Part shown: piece by piece, positions 1-7,983 of the stretch
Layout: the number at the start of each line of letters is the position of its first letter
How positions within the stretch are numbered: the first letter of the stretch is position 1
Assembly (NCBI GenBank): GCA_964463325.1
Contig: CAYXBY010000001.1
Location: 14,791 to 78,790 of the forward strand
Source: an uncultured Lachnospiraceae bacterium
GTDB taxonomy: Bacteria; Bacillota; Clostridia; Oscillospirales; CAG-272
Reading direction: 5' to 3'
Length of the DNA stretch: 64,000 nucleotides
Notes under the pieces: generated by a model
Databases searched by the model: none
What the model was told of the DNA's origin: nothing
What the model saw: only the letters and a program-made list of their open reading frames with translations
Program-made: the position numbers and the translations under genes

Positions 1-1
1 T

Positions 2-1276
2 CAGGTGCTCGTATTTGCACTCCAACAGCTGCTCGCCATTCTGGCAGCCACCATCGCCGTGCCTGCGATCATCGGCAACGGGATGTCAAACTCCGCTGCT
101 CTGCTCGGCGCCGGCGTCGGCACGATAGTCTACCTGCTGTTCACCAAATTCAAGAGCCCCGTGTTCCTCGGCTCCTCCTTCGCCTTCCTCGGCTCCATGG
201 CAACTGCCTTCGCAGGGGCTACCTCAATGTCTCTCGGTTATCTCGGCCTTATCTTAGGCGCGCTGATGGCAGGCCTGGTATATGTGGTCATCGCCATCGT
301 AGTAAAGCTCGTGGGTGTTAAGTGGATCGACAAGCTGATGCCCGCAGTCGTTATCGGCCCGACAGTCGCAATCATCGGTCTGTCGCTCGCAGGCAACGCA
401 GTCGGCGACCTGTCCGCCGCAAAGATCGAGACCGCCTCTCCCTACCTCTGCATGATCTGCGGCCTGGTTACGCTGGCTGTTACCATGGTCTGCTCGGTCT
501 ACGGCAAAAAGATGCTCAAGATGATCCCCTTTATAATCGGCATACTCGCCGGCTATGCAGTGGCAACCGTGTTCACCGTGATCGGTAACGTCGCCGGCCT
601 TGACGCACTCAAGATCGTTGACTTCTCCGCCTTCCAGAACATGCAGTGGGTTCCCGACTTCACCTTTGTCGAGGCCGCTAAGGGCTTCGCCGACATCGAC
701 GGCGCTTACATAGCCACCATCGCAGTCGCATACGTACCGGTCGCCTTCGTTGTATTCGCTGAGCACATCGCCGACCACAAGAACCTCTCCTCCATCATCG
801 AGCATGACCTGCTTGAGGATCCGGGTCTGTCCCGCACCCTGCTGGGTGACGGCGTCGGCTCCGCTGTTGGTGCTTTATTCGGCGGCTGCCCCAACACCAC
901 CTACGGTGAGTCGGTCGGTTGCGTGGCCATCTCGGGCAACGCCTCCGTTGTGACCATCCTGGCAACCGCAGTCATGGCTATCCTGGCTGCCTTCGTAGCT
1001 CCCTTTACCACCTTCCTCGCAACCATCCCCAACTGCGTCATGGGCGGCGTGTGCATCGCACTCTACGGCTTCATCGCAGTCTCCGGCCTCAAGATGATCC
1101 AGACAGTTGACCTCGGTGACAACAAGAACCTGTTCACCGTCTCGGTGATACTCATCGCCGGTGTCGGCGGCATGGTAGTGACCTTCGGTAAGGTCACCAT
1201 CACCTCGGTTGCCTGCGCACTCATCCTCGGTATACTGACCAACATCCTGCTCAACCGCAAGAGCCGTAATCAGTAA
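2..1276 (+). CDS. NCS2-family nucleobase (uracil/xanthine-type) permease, N-terminus cut by the window edge
   Basis: The reading frame is open to position 2 (track ORF 5..1276). The protein is highly hydrophobic and multi-pass. Its start (QQLLAILAATIAVPAIIG) and the NTTYGESVGCVAISG region are typical of uracil/xanthine permeases. A hairpin terminator follows. Confidence 0.8.
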   Translation, partial: QVLVFALQQLLAILAATIAVPAIIGNGMSNSAALLGAGVGTIVYLLFTKFKSPVFLGSSFAFLGSMATAFAGATSMSLGYLGLILGALMAGLVYVVIAIVVKLVGVKWIDKLMPAVVIGPTVAIIGLSLAGNAVGDLSAAKIETASPYLCMICGLVTLAVTMVCSVYGKKMLKMIPFIIGILAGYAVATVFTVIGNVAGLDALKIVDFSAFQNMQWVPDFTFVEAAKGFADIDGAYIATIAVAYVPVAFVVFAEHIADHKNLSSIIEHDLLEDPGLSRTLLGDGVGSAVGALFGGCPNTTYGESVGCVAISGNASVVTILATAVMAILAAFVAPFTTFLATIPNCVMGGVCIALYGFIAVSGLKMIQTVDLGDNKNLFTVSVILIAGVGGMVVTFGKVTITSVACALILGILTNILLNRKSRNQ

Positions 1277-1293
1277 TCCAATATAAAAACTTA

Positions 1294-1330
1294 GGCGCTT
1301 GCCACACTGTGGCAAGCGCCCTTTATTTTT
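1294..1330. terminator. Bidirectional intrinsic terminator between the permease and murE
   Basis: GGCGCTTGCCACA/TGTGGCAAGCGCC stem followed by TTTATTTTT on the plus strand, with an A-run (TATAAAAAC) on the 5' side. It sits between convergent stops at 1276 and 1329. Confidence 0.75.
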
Positions 1331-2834
1331 ACCGCTTTCGCAGCTCGGATTCCAGCATGCGACGCGCATGCCTCATAACGATCTCACGCTCTGAAAAAGG
1401 CCTTCTAACGCCATTAGCCAGCTGATAATCCTCGTGACCCTTGCCAGCCAGCAGCAGGATATCTCCTTCCCTCAGCAGCTCCAATGCATGGCAGATAGCC
1501 TCTTGACGATCGGTGATCACCTCATAATCGCAGCCGTTCTGCACAAATCCGTCAGCGATATTTTGAGCGATAATACGAGGATCCTCGCGGTTGGGGTTGT
1601 CCTCTGTCAGTATACAAAGATCACTCAGGGCTGAGGCCGCGTTCCCCAGCTCGGCTCGCCGCATTTCAGTCCGCCCACCGACTGAACCAAAAAGCGATAT
1701 TATCTTGCGATGCGGATACTGCTGTAGCGTTTCAAGCACAGCTGTCATGCTGGCACCGTTGTGCGCATAATCGATAATGACCGTCGCATACGGCAGTGCC
1801 GGCACCAGCTCAAAGCGCCCGCGAACCGTTATCCCCCCCAGCAGCTTGACCATATCATCCAGCGCTTCAGAATATATCCCGCATACCGCCAGTGCGGCCA
1901 GCGCATTGGAAACGCTGAATTCGCCCGGAAAATTGATCTGCGCCGGCGTACGAACGCCATCATGGCAAATGTCAAATTGCATGCCAAGAGTATTCGTCGT
2001 GCGGTACATGGCAAGATCGTCGGCAGTATACATTGCCGGGCTCCTCAGGCCGTAGGTCACTATATCGGCGCGACAACCGTGCAGCATATATTCAGAGTAA
2101 TCATCGTCGGCATTGACAACCGCATAGCGCGGCGAAAACTCTGAAAACAGTCGAGCCTTGCTGTCACGGTAGTGTTCAAAGGTGGGGTGCTCATACGAGC
2201 TGATGTGGTCAGGCGACAGATTTGTAAAAACGCAAGTATCAAATTTAACAAAGCGCACACGCCCCACATACAGCGCCTGCGACGACACCTCTATCACCAC
2301 AAATTTTATTCCGGCTTCAACCATCTCGCACAAATAACGCTGTATATCACAGCATTCCGGCGTTGTGTTGACGCTTGAATACTGAAAGCCCCCGAACAGC
2401 ACACCGTTAGTGCCGATATATCCCGTCGGCATACCGAGACCATCCAGTATTCCCTTCACCGTCAGCGCGACCGTCGTCTTGCCCTTTGTGCCGGTAATAC
2501 CAATTACGGTCAGCTTCTCAGACGGATGCCCATACACCAAATCTGCCAACAACGCCAACGCAAATCGTGTATCCCTTGTGTACACGATCGCGCAGTCGTC
2601 CGGCACCTCAATGGGCTCCTGCGCAACAAAGCAACGACAGCCGTTGTCATACGCATTTCTGGCAAAAATGTGCCCATCAGTTATCAATCCCTTCATACAG
2701 ACAAAAACCGAGGCTGAGCAGACTATCCTCGAATCACAGCAAACATGCTTAATATTGATCTGTTCGCTTACAGCGTTGGACTGCATTCTACCGTCGCCGA
2801 GGTCCGCAGCCTTTATAAGCTCTGAAAATGTCAT
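1329..2834 (-). CDS. murE: Mur ligase, MurE-like (UDP-MurNAc-L-Ala-D-Glu:diamino acid ligase)
   Basis: 501 aa with the P-loop GITGTKGKTT, a Mur ligase middle domain and a C-terminal domain. The C-terminal motif reads EDNPNRE (DNPN, not DNPR). It is not embedded in a dcw cluster. Confidence 0.85.
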   Translation of the reverse strand: MTFSELIKAADLGDGRMQSNAVSEQINIKHVCCDSRIVCSASVFVCMKGLITDGHIFARNAYDNGCRCFVAQEPIEVPDDCAIVYTRDTRFALALLADLVYGHPSEKLTVIGITGTKGKTTVALTVKGILDGLGMPTGYIGTNGVLFGGFQYSSVNTTPECCDIQRYLCEMVEAGIKFVVIEVSSQALYVGRVRFVKFDTCVFTNLSPDHISSYEHPTFEHYRDSKARLFSEFSPRYAVVNADDDYSEYMLHGCRADIVTYGLRSPAMYTADDLAMYRTTNTLGMQFDICHDGVRTPAQINFPGEFSVSNALAALAVCGIYSEALDDMVKLLGGITVRGRFELVPALPYATVIIDYAHNGASMTAVLETLQQYPHRKIISLFGSVGGRTEMRRAELGNAASALSDLCILTEDNPNREDPRIIAQNIADGFVQNGCDYEVITDRQEAICHALELLREGDILLLAGKGHEDYQLANGVRRPFSEREIVMRHARRMLESELRKR

Positions 2835-3205
2835 GCGTGCGTTCTCCTTTCGCTCAACGGCAGCAGCTGCTCAATGCCGCGGATAATGTACTCTTCTTCA
2901 AATATTTCAATATTTTTAGACATAATATTTTGAAATTGTGATGTGCACGGAACAAGTATCGTGCGCACATCATGTGGTGCCGCCACCATATCCAACACAG
3001 CGTGAAGCAGATAATAGCTGTTTCCCGGGAGACGGCAGTGCACAAATCTGTATTTGATCCATATCGGCCAGCGAAGCGGGCGCCTTTCAGCAAATAGCGT
3101 CGGCACTGTGCCGTATTCACGGTTCAGCGCTCTTATAGCAGGCACTGTCTGATCTGACAGTCCCAGCAGCACCACACCGGCGCCGCCTTCAACAAGCTTT
3201 TCCAT
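2831..3205 (-). CDS. Hypothetical 124-aa protein translationally coupled to murE
   Basis: Strong SD (AAGGAGAG) 8 nt upstream of the ATG at 3205. Its stop overlaps the murE ATG (ATGA). I recognise no family with confidence; there is a loose resemblance to the N-terminal (pre-ATP-grasp) part of carboxylate-amine ligases. Confidence 0.55.
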   Translation of the reverse strand: MEKLVEGGAGVVLLGLSDQTVPAIRALNREYGTVPTLFAERRPLRWPIWIKYRFVHCRLPGNSYYLLHAVLDMVAAPHDVRTILVPCTSQFQNIMSKNIEIFEEEYIIRGIEQLLPLSERRTHA

Positions 3206-3294
3206 GAAGCAGCTCTCCTTATAGTTTGTGCTACTATTATAGCATATAATTGCCGAAAAATAAACTGATTTTTGATTTTTTTACTCATTACCTA

Positions 3295-3323
3295 TTGCAT
3301 TCTTTAGCGCAATTGAATATAAT
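3295..3323 (+). promoter_or_regulatory. Putative sigma-A promoter for the GNAT gene
   Basis: TTGCAT (3295-3300), 17-nt spacer, TATAAT (3318-3323), located 39 nt upstream of the ATG at 3362. Confidence 0.4.
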
Positions 3324-3361
3324 GAAGGGGACCTCTAATAATTCCACATACGGGGTATGCT

Positions 3362-3919
3362 ATGCGCAGAGAATTCATTTACAAGATTTTTTCAAATATG
3401 CCGCAGCTGGAGACGCCGCGCCTGCTGCTGCGTCGGCTACAGGTGCTGGATGCCGTGGATATGTATGACTACGCGCGGCGCGCCGACGTCACGAAATATT
3501 TGACCTGGTGTCCCCACCCCAGCGTCGGCTACACCCGCGATTATCTGGAATATGTCGCCGTCCGCTGCGAGTCGGGCGAGTTTTTCGACTGGGCGATAGA
3601 GGAAAAGTCGAGTGGGCGCATGGTCGGCACCTGCGGCTTTACCAGCTTTGACTACCGTTCGGACTGCGGCGAGGTGGGCTATGTGCTCAATCCCGCTGTT
3701 TGGGGGCACGGCTACGCCACAGAGGCGCTACGCACCGTGATCGATTTTGGTTTTGAACAACTGCATCTACACCGCATCGAGGCGCGGTTTATCCGCGGCA
3801 ACGACGCCTCGCGGCACGTGATGGAGCGCGTGGGCATGTCCTACGAGGGCATGCTGCGCGGCGCCATGCTCATCAAGCATGAGTACCGCGATATCGGCGT
3901 TTGTGCGGTGGTGAGGTGA
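3362..3919 (+). CDS. GNAT-family N-acetyltransferase (RimJ/RimL-like)
   Basis: 185 aa with the N-terminal ETPRLLLRRL motif and the acetyl-CoA binding core (WGHGYATEAL) typical of RimJ/RimL-type GNATs. Confidence 0.85.
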   Translation: MRREFIYKIFSNMPQLETPRLLLRRLQVLDAVDMYDYARRADVTKYLTWCPHPSVGYTRDYLEYVAVRCESGEFFDWAIEEKSSGRMVGTCGFTSFDYRSDCGEVGYVLNPAVWGHGYATEALRTVIDFGFEQLHLHRIEARFIRGNDASRHVMERVGMSYEGMLRGAMLIKHEYRDIGVCAVVR

Positions 3920-3925
3920 AGCGTT

Positions 3926-3967
3926 GCGGGCGTCACTGCTTTTTGCGGTGACGCCCGCGGGCTTTTT
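3926..3967 (+). terminator. Intrinsic terminator of the GNAT gene
   Basis: GCGGGCGTCAC/GTGACGCCCGC stem followed by GGGCTTTTT. Confidence 0.7.
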
Positions 3968-4004
3968 GTGGCTTGTAGCCTCAAGAAAAGCGGCGAGCAC
4001 TCCC

Positions 4005-4040
4005 ACAAAAAAAGCGGCGAGGCATTGCATGCCTCGCCGC
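4005..4040 (-). terminator. Intrinsic terminator of the DUF1385 gene
   Basis: On the minus strand, a GCGGCGAGGCAT/ATGCCTCGCCGC stem is followed by TTTTTTTGT. It lies 12 nt after the stop at 4052. Confidence 0.7.
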
Positions 4041-4051
4041 CAAATTATGCT

Positions 4052-5158
4052 TTATTTTTTCTCCCACGCGTCACTGCCGTCACCGGGAATGACATCCGCG
4101 AGCGCCGCAATGGCGCACTCGATCATACTGTCGTCGGGCTCGCGTGTGGTAATGCGCTGCAACCACATGCCGGGCGCCGAAATGATGCGCGTCATGACGT
4201 TGTCGTGCTTGCCTGCCAGCTTGATAAGCTCGTAACCGATGCTCATCATCAGCGGCAGCAGCGCAATGCTTATCAGCGAACGTAGCACTACATTCAGTGC
4301 GGTGCTTTCTACCAGCTTGGCGGGAATAAACATAGTGATAAACACACCCACCAGCACCATCAGCACCAAGAACGACGTTCCGCAGCGCGGGTGAAACCGC
4401 CGCTGACGACGAACATTTTCAACCGTCAGCTCCAAGCCGCTCTCATAGCAGGCAATGGACTTGTGTTCCGCGCCGTGGTACATAAACGTGCGGCGAATAT
4501 CCTTCATCAGCGAGACCGCCAGCATATAGCCGACCAATATCACTATTTTGATAACGCCCACAAACAGCGCCCGCAGCAGCGAATAGCCGTAGCCACTGCC
4601 ATCCAGTGCCGGGATCAGCTTGGTCAGCAATCCGTAAAGCATCTCGGGCAGCGCCTTGAACAGCACCACCGCCAGCACAACGCCCAGCACCGTTGAGATG
4701 ACCATTATGATGTTCATCATCCACGGCTGTATGCTCTCGCTCTTTTTTGCGTCGGCATTATTGTTTGAAACGGCATCACATTTTACTTGATCGTCGCTGT
4801 TATCAGCAGCAGTCTCGCCATTTGTGACGTCGATCTGCTCCTGTTCGGACTTTTTATCGTCCTTGGGCTCGACCGCATCCTCAAGCCCGGCAAGCTCTGC
4901 CGAGCGCATCAGGCAGCGATATCCCAGCTTCATGGAATCGATAAAGCTGAATATTCCGCGCAAAAACGGTGCCCGGTAGATCCACGACTTGGTCGAATTA
5001 TCGGTCTCCCAGCTCTCGAGCGCGATATCGCCCTCCGGCTTGCGGACCGCCATCGTGGTCCGCTTGGGACCACGCATCATTATACCCTCGATCAGCGCCT
5101 GACCGCCGATAGAGGTCTTTTTCATGGGGCTGACTGCCCCGTTTTCTTTGTTGGACAA
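4052..5158 (-). CDS. DUF1385-family membrane protein (YqhQ-like)
   Basis: 368 aa. The N-terminal IGGQALIEGIMMRGP and the later HGAEHK motif are characteristic of DUF1385. It contains an acidic, low-complexity insert of about 55 aa. Confidence 0.8.
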   Translation of the reverse strand: MSNKENGAVSPMKKTSIGGQALIEGIMMRGPKRTTMAVRKPEGDIALESWETDNSTKSWIYRAPFLRGIFSFIDSMKLGYRCLMRSAELAGLEDAVEPKDDKKSEQEQIDVTNGETAADNSDDQVKCDAVSNNNADAKKSESIQPWMMNIIMVISTVLGVVLAVVLFKALPEMLYGLLTKLIPALDGSGYGYSLLRALFVGVIKIVILVGYMLAVSLMKDIRRTFMYHGAEHKSIACYESGLELTVENVRRQRRFHPRCGTSFLVLMVLVGVFITMFIPAKLVESTALNVVLRSLISIALLPLMMSIGYELIKLAGKHDNVMTRIISAPGMWLQRITTREPDDSMIECAIAALADVIPGDGSDAWEKK

Positions 5159-5181
5159 TTTTTTGCCTTTCTGTTATATCT

Positions 5182-6315
5182 CTATCTTGAGCCGGCGCTC
5201 TCCATCTCAGCCTTATGCTTATCGATAAGGTTGTGAATACGGCGAACGGGATCCAGCAGATTGCTGATAGTGGAATCGTGGTTGAGCGTGTCGATTATGT
5301 ACGACACATACTTGCACATGTTTACCTCCACATACCAGGGCTCGGACAGCAGCTCGGGCGTGCGATAAACGAGGTTTGTGGTGAAGATCTTGTCGAACAG
5401 GCCTTCGTTGTAGGCGCGGTCGAACTTATCGAGCCCCTCGGTGAACAGTCCGAAGGTGACAAAGGCGAAAATGCGCTTAGCGCCCTTCTGCTTGAGCTGC
5501 TTTGCAACGTCGATCAGCGAATCGCCCGAGGCGATAATGTCGTCAACAATGATGACATCCTTGCCGTGCAGGTCGCCGCCGAGGTACTCATGCGCCTCAA
5601 TGGGGTTGCGGCCGTTGACAACACGGGTGTAGTCGCGACGCTTGTAGAACATGCCGATGTTGATGCCCAGCACGGAGGAATAGTACATGCAGCGCCCCAT
5701 TGCGCCCTCATCGGGAGAAATGATGGTAAGCGAATCCTTGTCAACGACGATATCCGGCACGTTGCGAACCAGCGCCTTGATCATCTGGTAGGTCGGACGA
5801 ACGTCGTCGAAGCCGCAGAGCGGGACGGCGTTCTGCACACGCGGGTCGTGCGCGTCAAAGGTGATGACGTTGGTGACACCCATGTTCTCCAGCTCCTGGA
5901 GCATAAGTGCGCAGTCCAGCGACTCGCGCCCGGAGCGCTTGTGCTGTCTGCCCTCATAAAGCATGGGCATGATGACCGACACACGGCGAGCCTTACCTGC
6001 GTTGGCGGCGATAACGCGCTTCAGATCGGCGAAATGATCGTCCGGGCTCATCGGGACCGTTTGACCGTACATCTCGTAGGTCACGCCGTGATTGAAAACG
6101 TCGCTTATGATGTAAAGGTCATGTCCGCGCATGGACTCACTGAGCAGACCCTTTGCTTCACCTGAGCTAAAGCGCGGGCAGTGGGAATTAACTATGAAGG
6201 TTTCGTCCTCGCCCTTCCCTCTCCACTCCTTGAGATAATAGTCGACCTGTGAGCCAAACTGCTCGCAGCCATTCATTGCAATTACACTTAGTTGTCCGTA
6301 AAGTGTGTCGTTCAT
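5182..6315 (-). CDS. prs: Ribose-phosphate pyrophosphokinase (PRPP synthetase), long form
   Basis: 377 aa with two PRTase-type domains and the PRPP-binding loop (VIIVDDIIASGDS). A GGAGG SD lies 5 nt upstream. Confidence 0.85.
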   Translation of the reverse strand: MNDTLYGQLSVIAMNGCEQFGSQVDYYLKEWRGKGEDETFIVNSHCPRFSSGEAKGLLSESMRGHDLYIISDVFNHGVTYEMYGQTVPMSPDDHFADLKRVIAANAGKARRVSVIMPMLYEGRQHKRSGRESLDCALMLQELENMGVTNVITFDAHDPRVQNAVPLCGFDDVRPTYQMIKALVRNVPDIVVDKDSLTIISPDEGAMGRCMYYSSVLGINIGMFYKRRDYTRVVNGRNPIEAHEYLGGDLHGKDVIIVDDIIASGDSLIDVAKQLKQKGAKRIFAFVTFGLFTEGLDKFDRAYNEGLFDKIFTTNLVYRTPELLSEPWYVEVNMCKYVSYIIDTLNHDSTISNLLDPVRRIHNLIDKHKAEMESAGSR

Positions 6316-6474
6316 TTCAACCTCCGTGCCGTGAGTCGGCGATGATATATTTATTTATAATATATTATAACATAATTATCGCGATTTGAAAAGGTTTTTC
6401 GACCATTTTGGTAAACTATTTTTCATCTTACGCCCATATGGCGCCATTCACTGCAAATTAATTTCCAGTTTGCC

Positions 6475-7959
6475 TCATTTTATGCCATCAAATGCCATAA
6501 GGCATTCAAAGCGCTCGTATGCGGCGTCCCATGCGGCACTGTCCTGCGGCTCGAAGCACTGCGGCTCAAACGAGCGGATGACCAGCTCGCGTCCCTCGCG
6601 GACGTTGCGCAGCTCGCCGTCGGATATGGCCTGCACGATAAGATTGCCTATCGCCGTGGCCTCACTCGGCCCCGCGATCACCGGCAGGCCGCAGGCGCTG
6701 GCTGTCATACTGTTGAGCAGACCGTCCTTTGAGCCGCCGCCGACGATATGAATAGCGCTCGGGCGCACGCCCGACAGCCGCATAACGCCCTCGGCCACCG
6801 CGCGGTATTTAAGCGCCAGGCTCTCGTATATGCAGCGCACCGTCTCGCCTACCGACTGCGGCACCGGCTGCCCGGTGCGGCGACAATACTCGGCAATGCG
6901 ACGCGGCATGTTGCCCGGCGTACCGAATTCGGGTGCGTCGGGGTCGATGAACGAGACATGCGACGGTGTGGCGCGCGCCATGCGTTCAAGCTCGGCAAAG
7001 CTGAACTCTCTGCCCTCGCGAGCCCACTGACGGCGCGACTCCTGAAGTATCCACAGCCCCATTATATTTTTTAGAAAACGCACAGTGCCCTCGACGCCGC
7101 CCTCGTTGGTGAAATTGGCGTCTCGACTGGCGTCATTTATTATGGGCTCGCGCACCTCCGTCCCCATCAGCGACCAGGTGCCACTGCTGATATACAGCAT
7201 GTCACCCGCCGTGCACGGGACCGCTATAACCGCGCTGGCCGTGTCGTGCGCGGCCACATTTACCACCTGCACGTCGCCACCCAGCTCCTCACGCAGCTGA
7301 GGCAACAGCCTGCCCAGACGGTTTCCCGGCTGCACAAGCGGTGAAAAAAGCGTCTCCGGTATGTCAAATGCGGTCAAAAGCTCTCCCGACAGCGTCCGGT
7401 GGCGCGCATCCAGCAGTGCTCCGGTCGAAGCAACGGTATATTCGGTCGCCATGCAGCCGGTCAGAAAATAATTCAGCAGATCGGGGATGAACAGCAGCCG
7501 CTCGGCGCGGCGCAGCCGTTCGGCGTCCTCGCGCTGCTCGGCGCATAGCTGATACAGCGTGTTAAAGCTCAGCGACTGTATGCCGGTGATGTCGTAAATG
7601 CGCTCAAACGGCAGCCGCTCCGACGCATATGCCGCCGCCGCGGCGTTTCTCGCGTCGCGATAATGCACCGGCGAGGACAGCATATGCCCCTGCCGATCCA
7701 TGAGCGCGTAGTCGACGCCCCAGGTGTCGATGCCGACGCTTGACAGCTTCTCGCCTTCGCAAAAAGCGAGGCTGAGAGGCTGCTTTATTTCATGAAAAAT
7801 GCGCAGTATGTCCCAATAAAGCCGATCGACCACCTGTACCGGCTGATTTTGAAAGCGGCCGTTCTCGCGCAGCGTCAGCCGCTCGCCGTCATAGCTGCCG
7901 ACAATTCCCCGCCCGCTTGACGCACCGAGGTCGATAGCCAGATATTTTTTATTGCTCAT
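6475..7959 (-). CDS. rhaB: FGGY-family carbohydrate kinase, rhamnulokinase-like
   Basis: 494 aa. The N-terminal AIDLGASSGR motif is the rhamnulokinase variant of the FGGY phosphate-1 motif, and the C-terminal FGGY domain (HIVGGGSKD) is present. No other rha genes are nearby. Confidence 0.7.
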   Translation of the reverse strand: MSNKKYLAIDLGASSGRGIVGSYDGERLTLRENGRFQNQPVQVVDRLYWDILRIFHEIKQPLSLAFCEGEKLSSVGIDTWGVDYALMDRQGHMLSSPVHYRDARNAAAAAYASERLPFERIYDITGIQSLSFNTLYQLCAEQREDAERLRRAERLLFIPDLLNYFLTGCMATEYTVASTGALLDARHRTLSGELLTAFDIPETLFSPLVQPGNRLGRLLPQLREELGGDVQVVNVAAHDTASAVIAVPCTAGDMLYISSGTWSLMGTEVREPIINDASRDANFTNEGGVEGTVRFLKNIMGLWILQESRRQWAREGREFSFAELERMARATPSHVSFIDPDAPEFGTPGNMPRRIAEYCRRTGQPVPQSVGETVRCIYESLALKYRAVAEGVMRLSGVRPSAIHIVGGGSKDGLLNSMTASACGLPVIAGPSEATAIGNLIVQAISDGELRNVREGRELVIRSFEPQCFEPQDSAAWDAAYERFECLMAFDGIK

Positions 7960-7983
7960 GCTTGAGCCTCCTTTACGCTTGCT

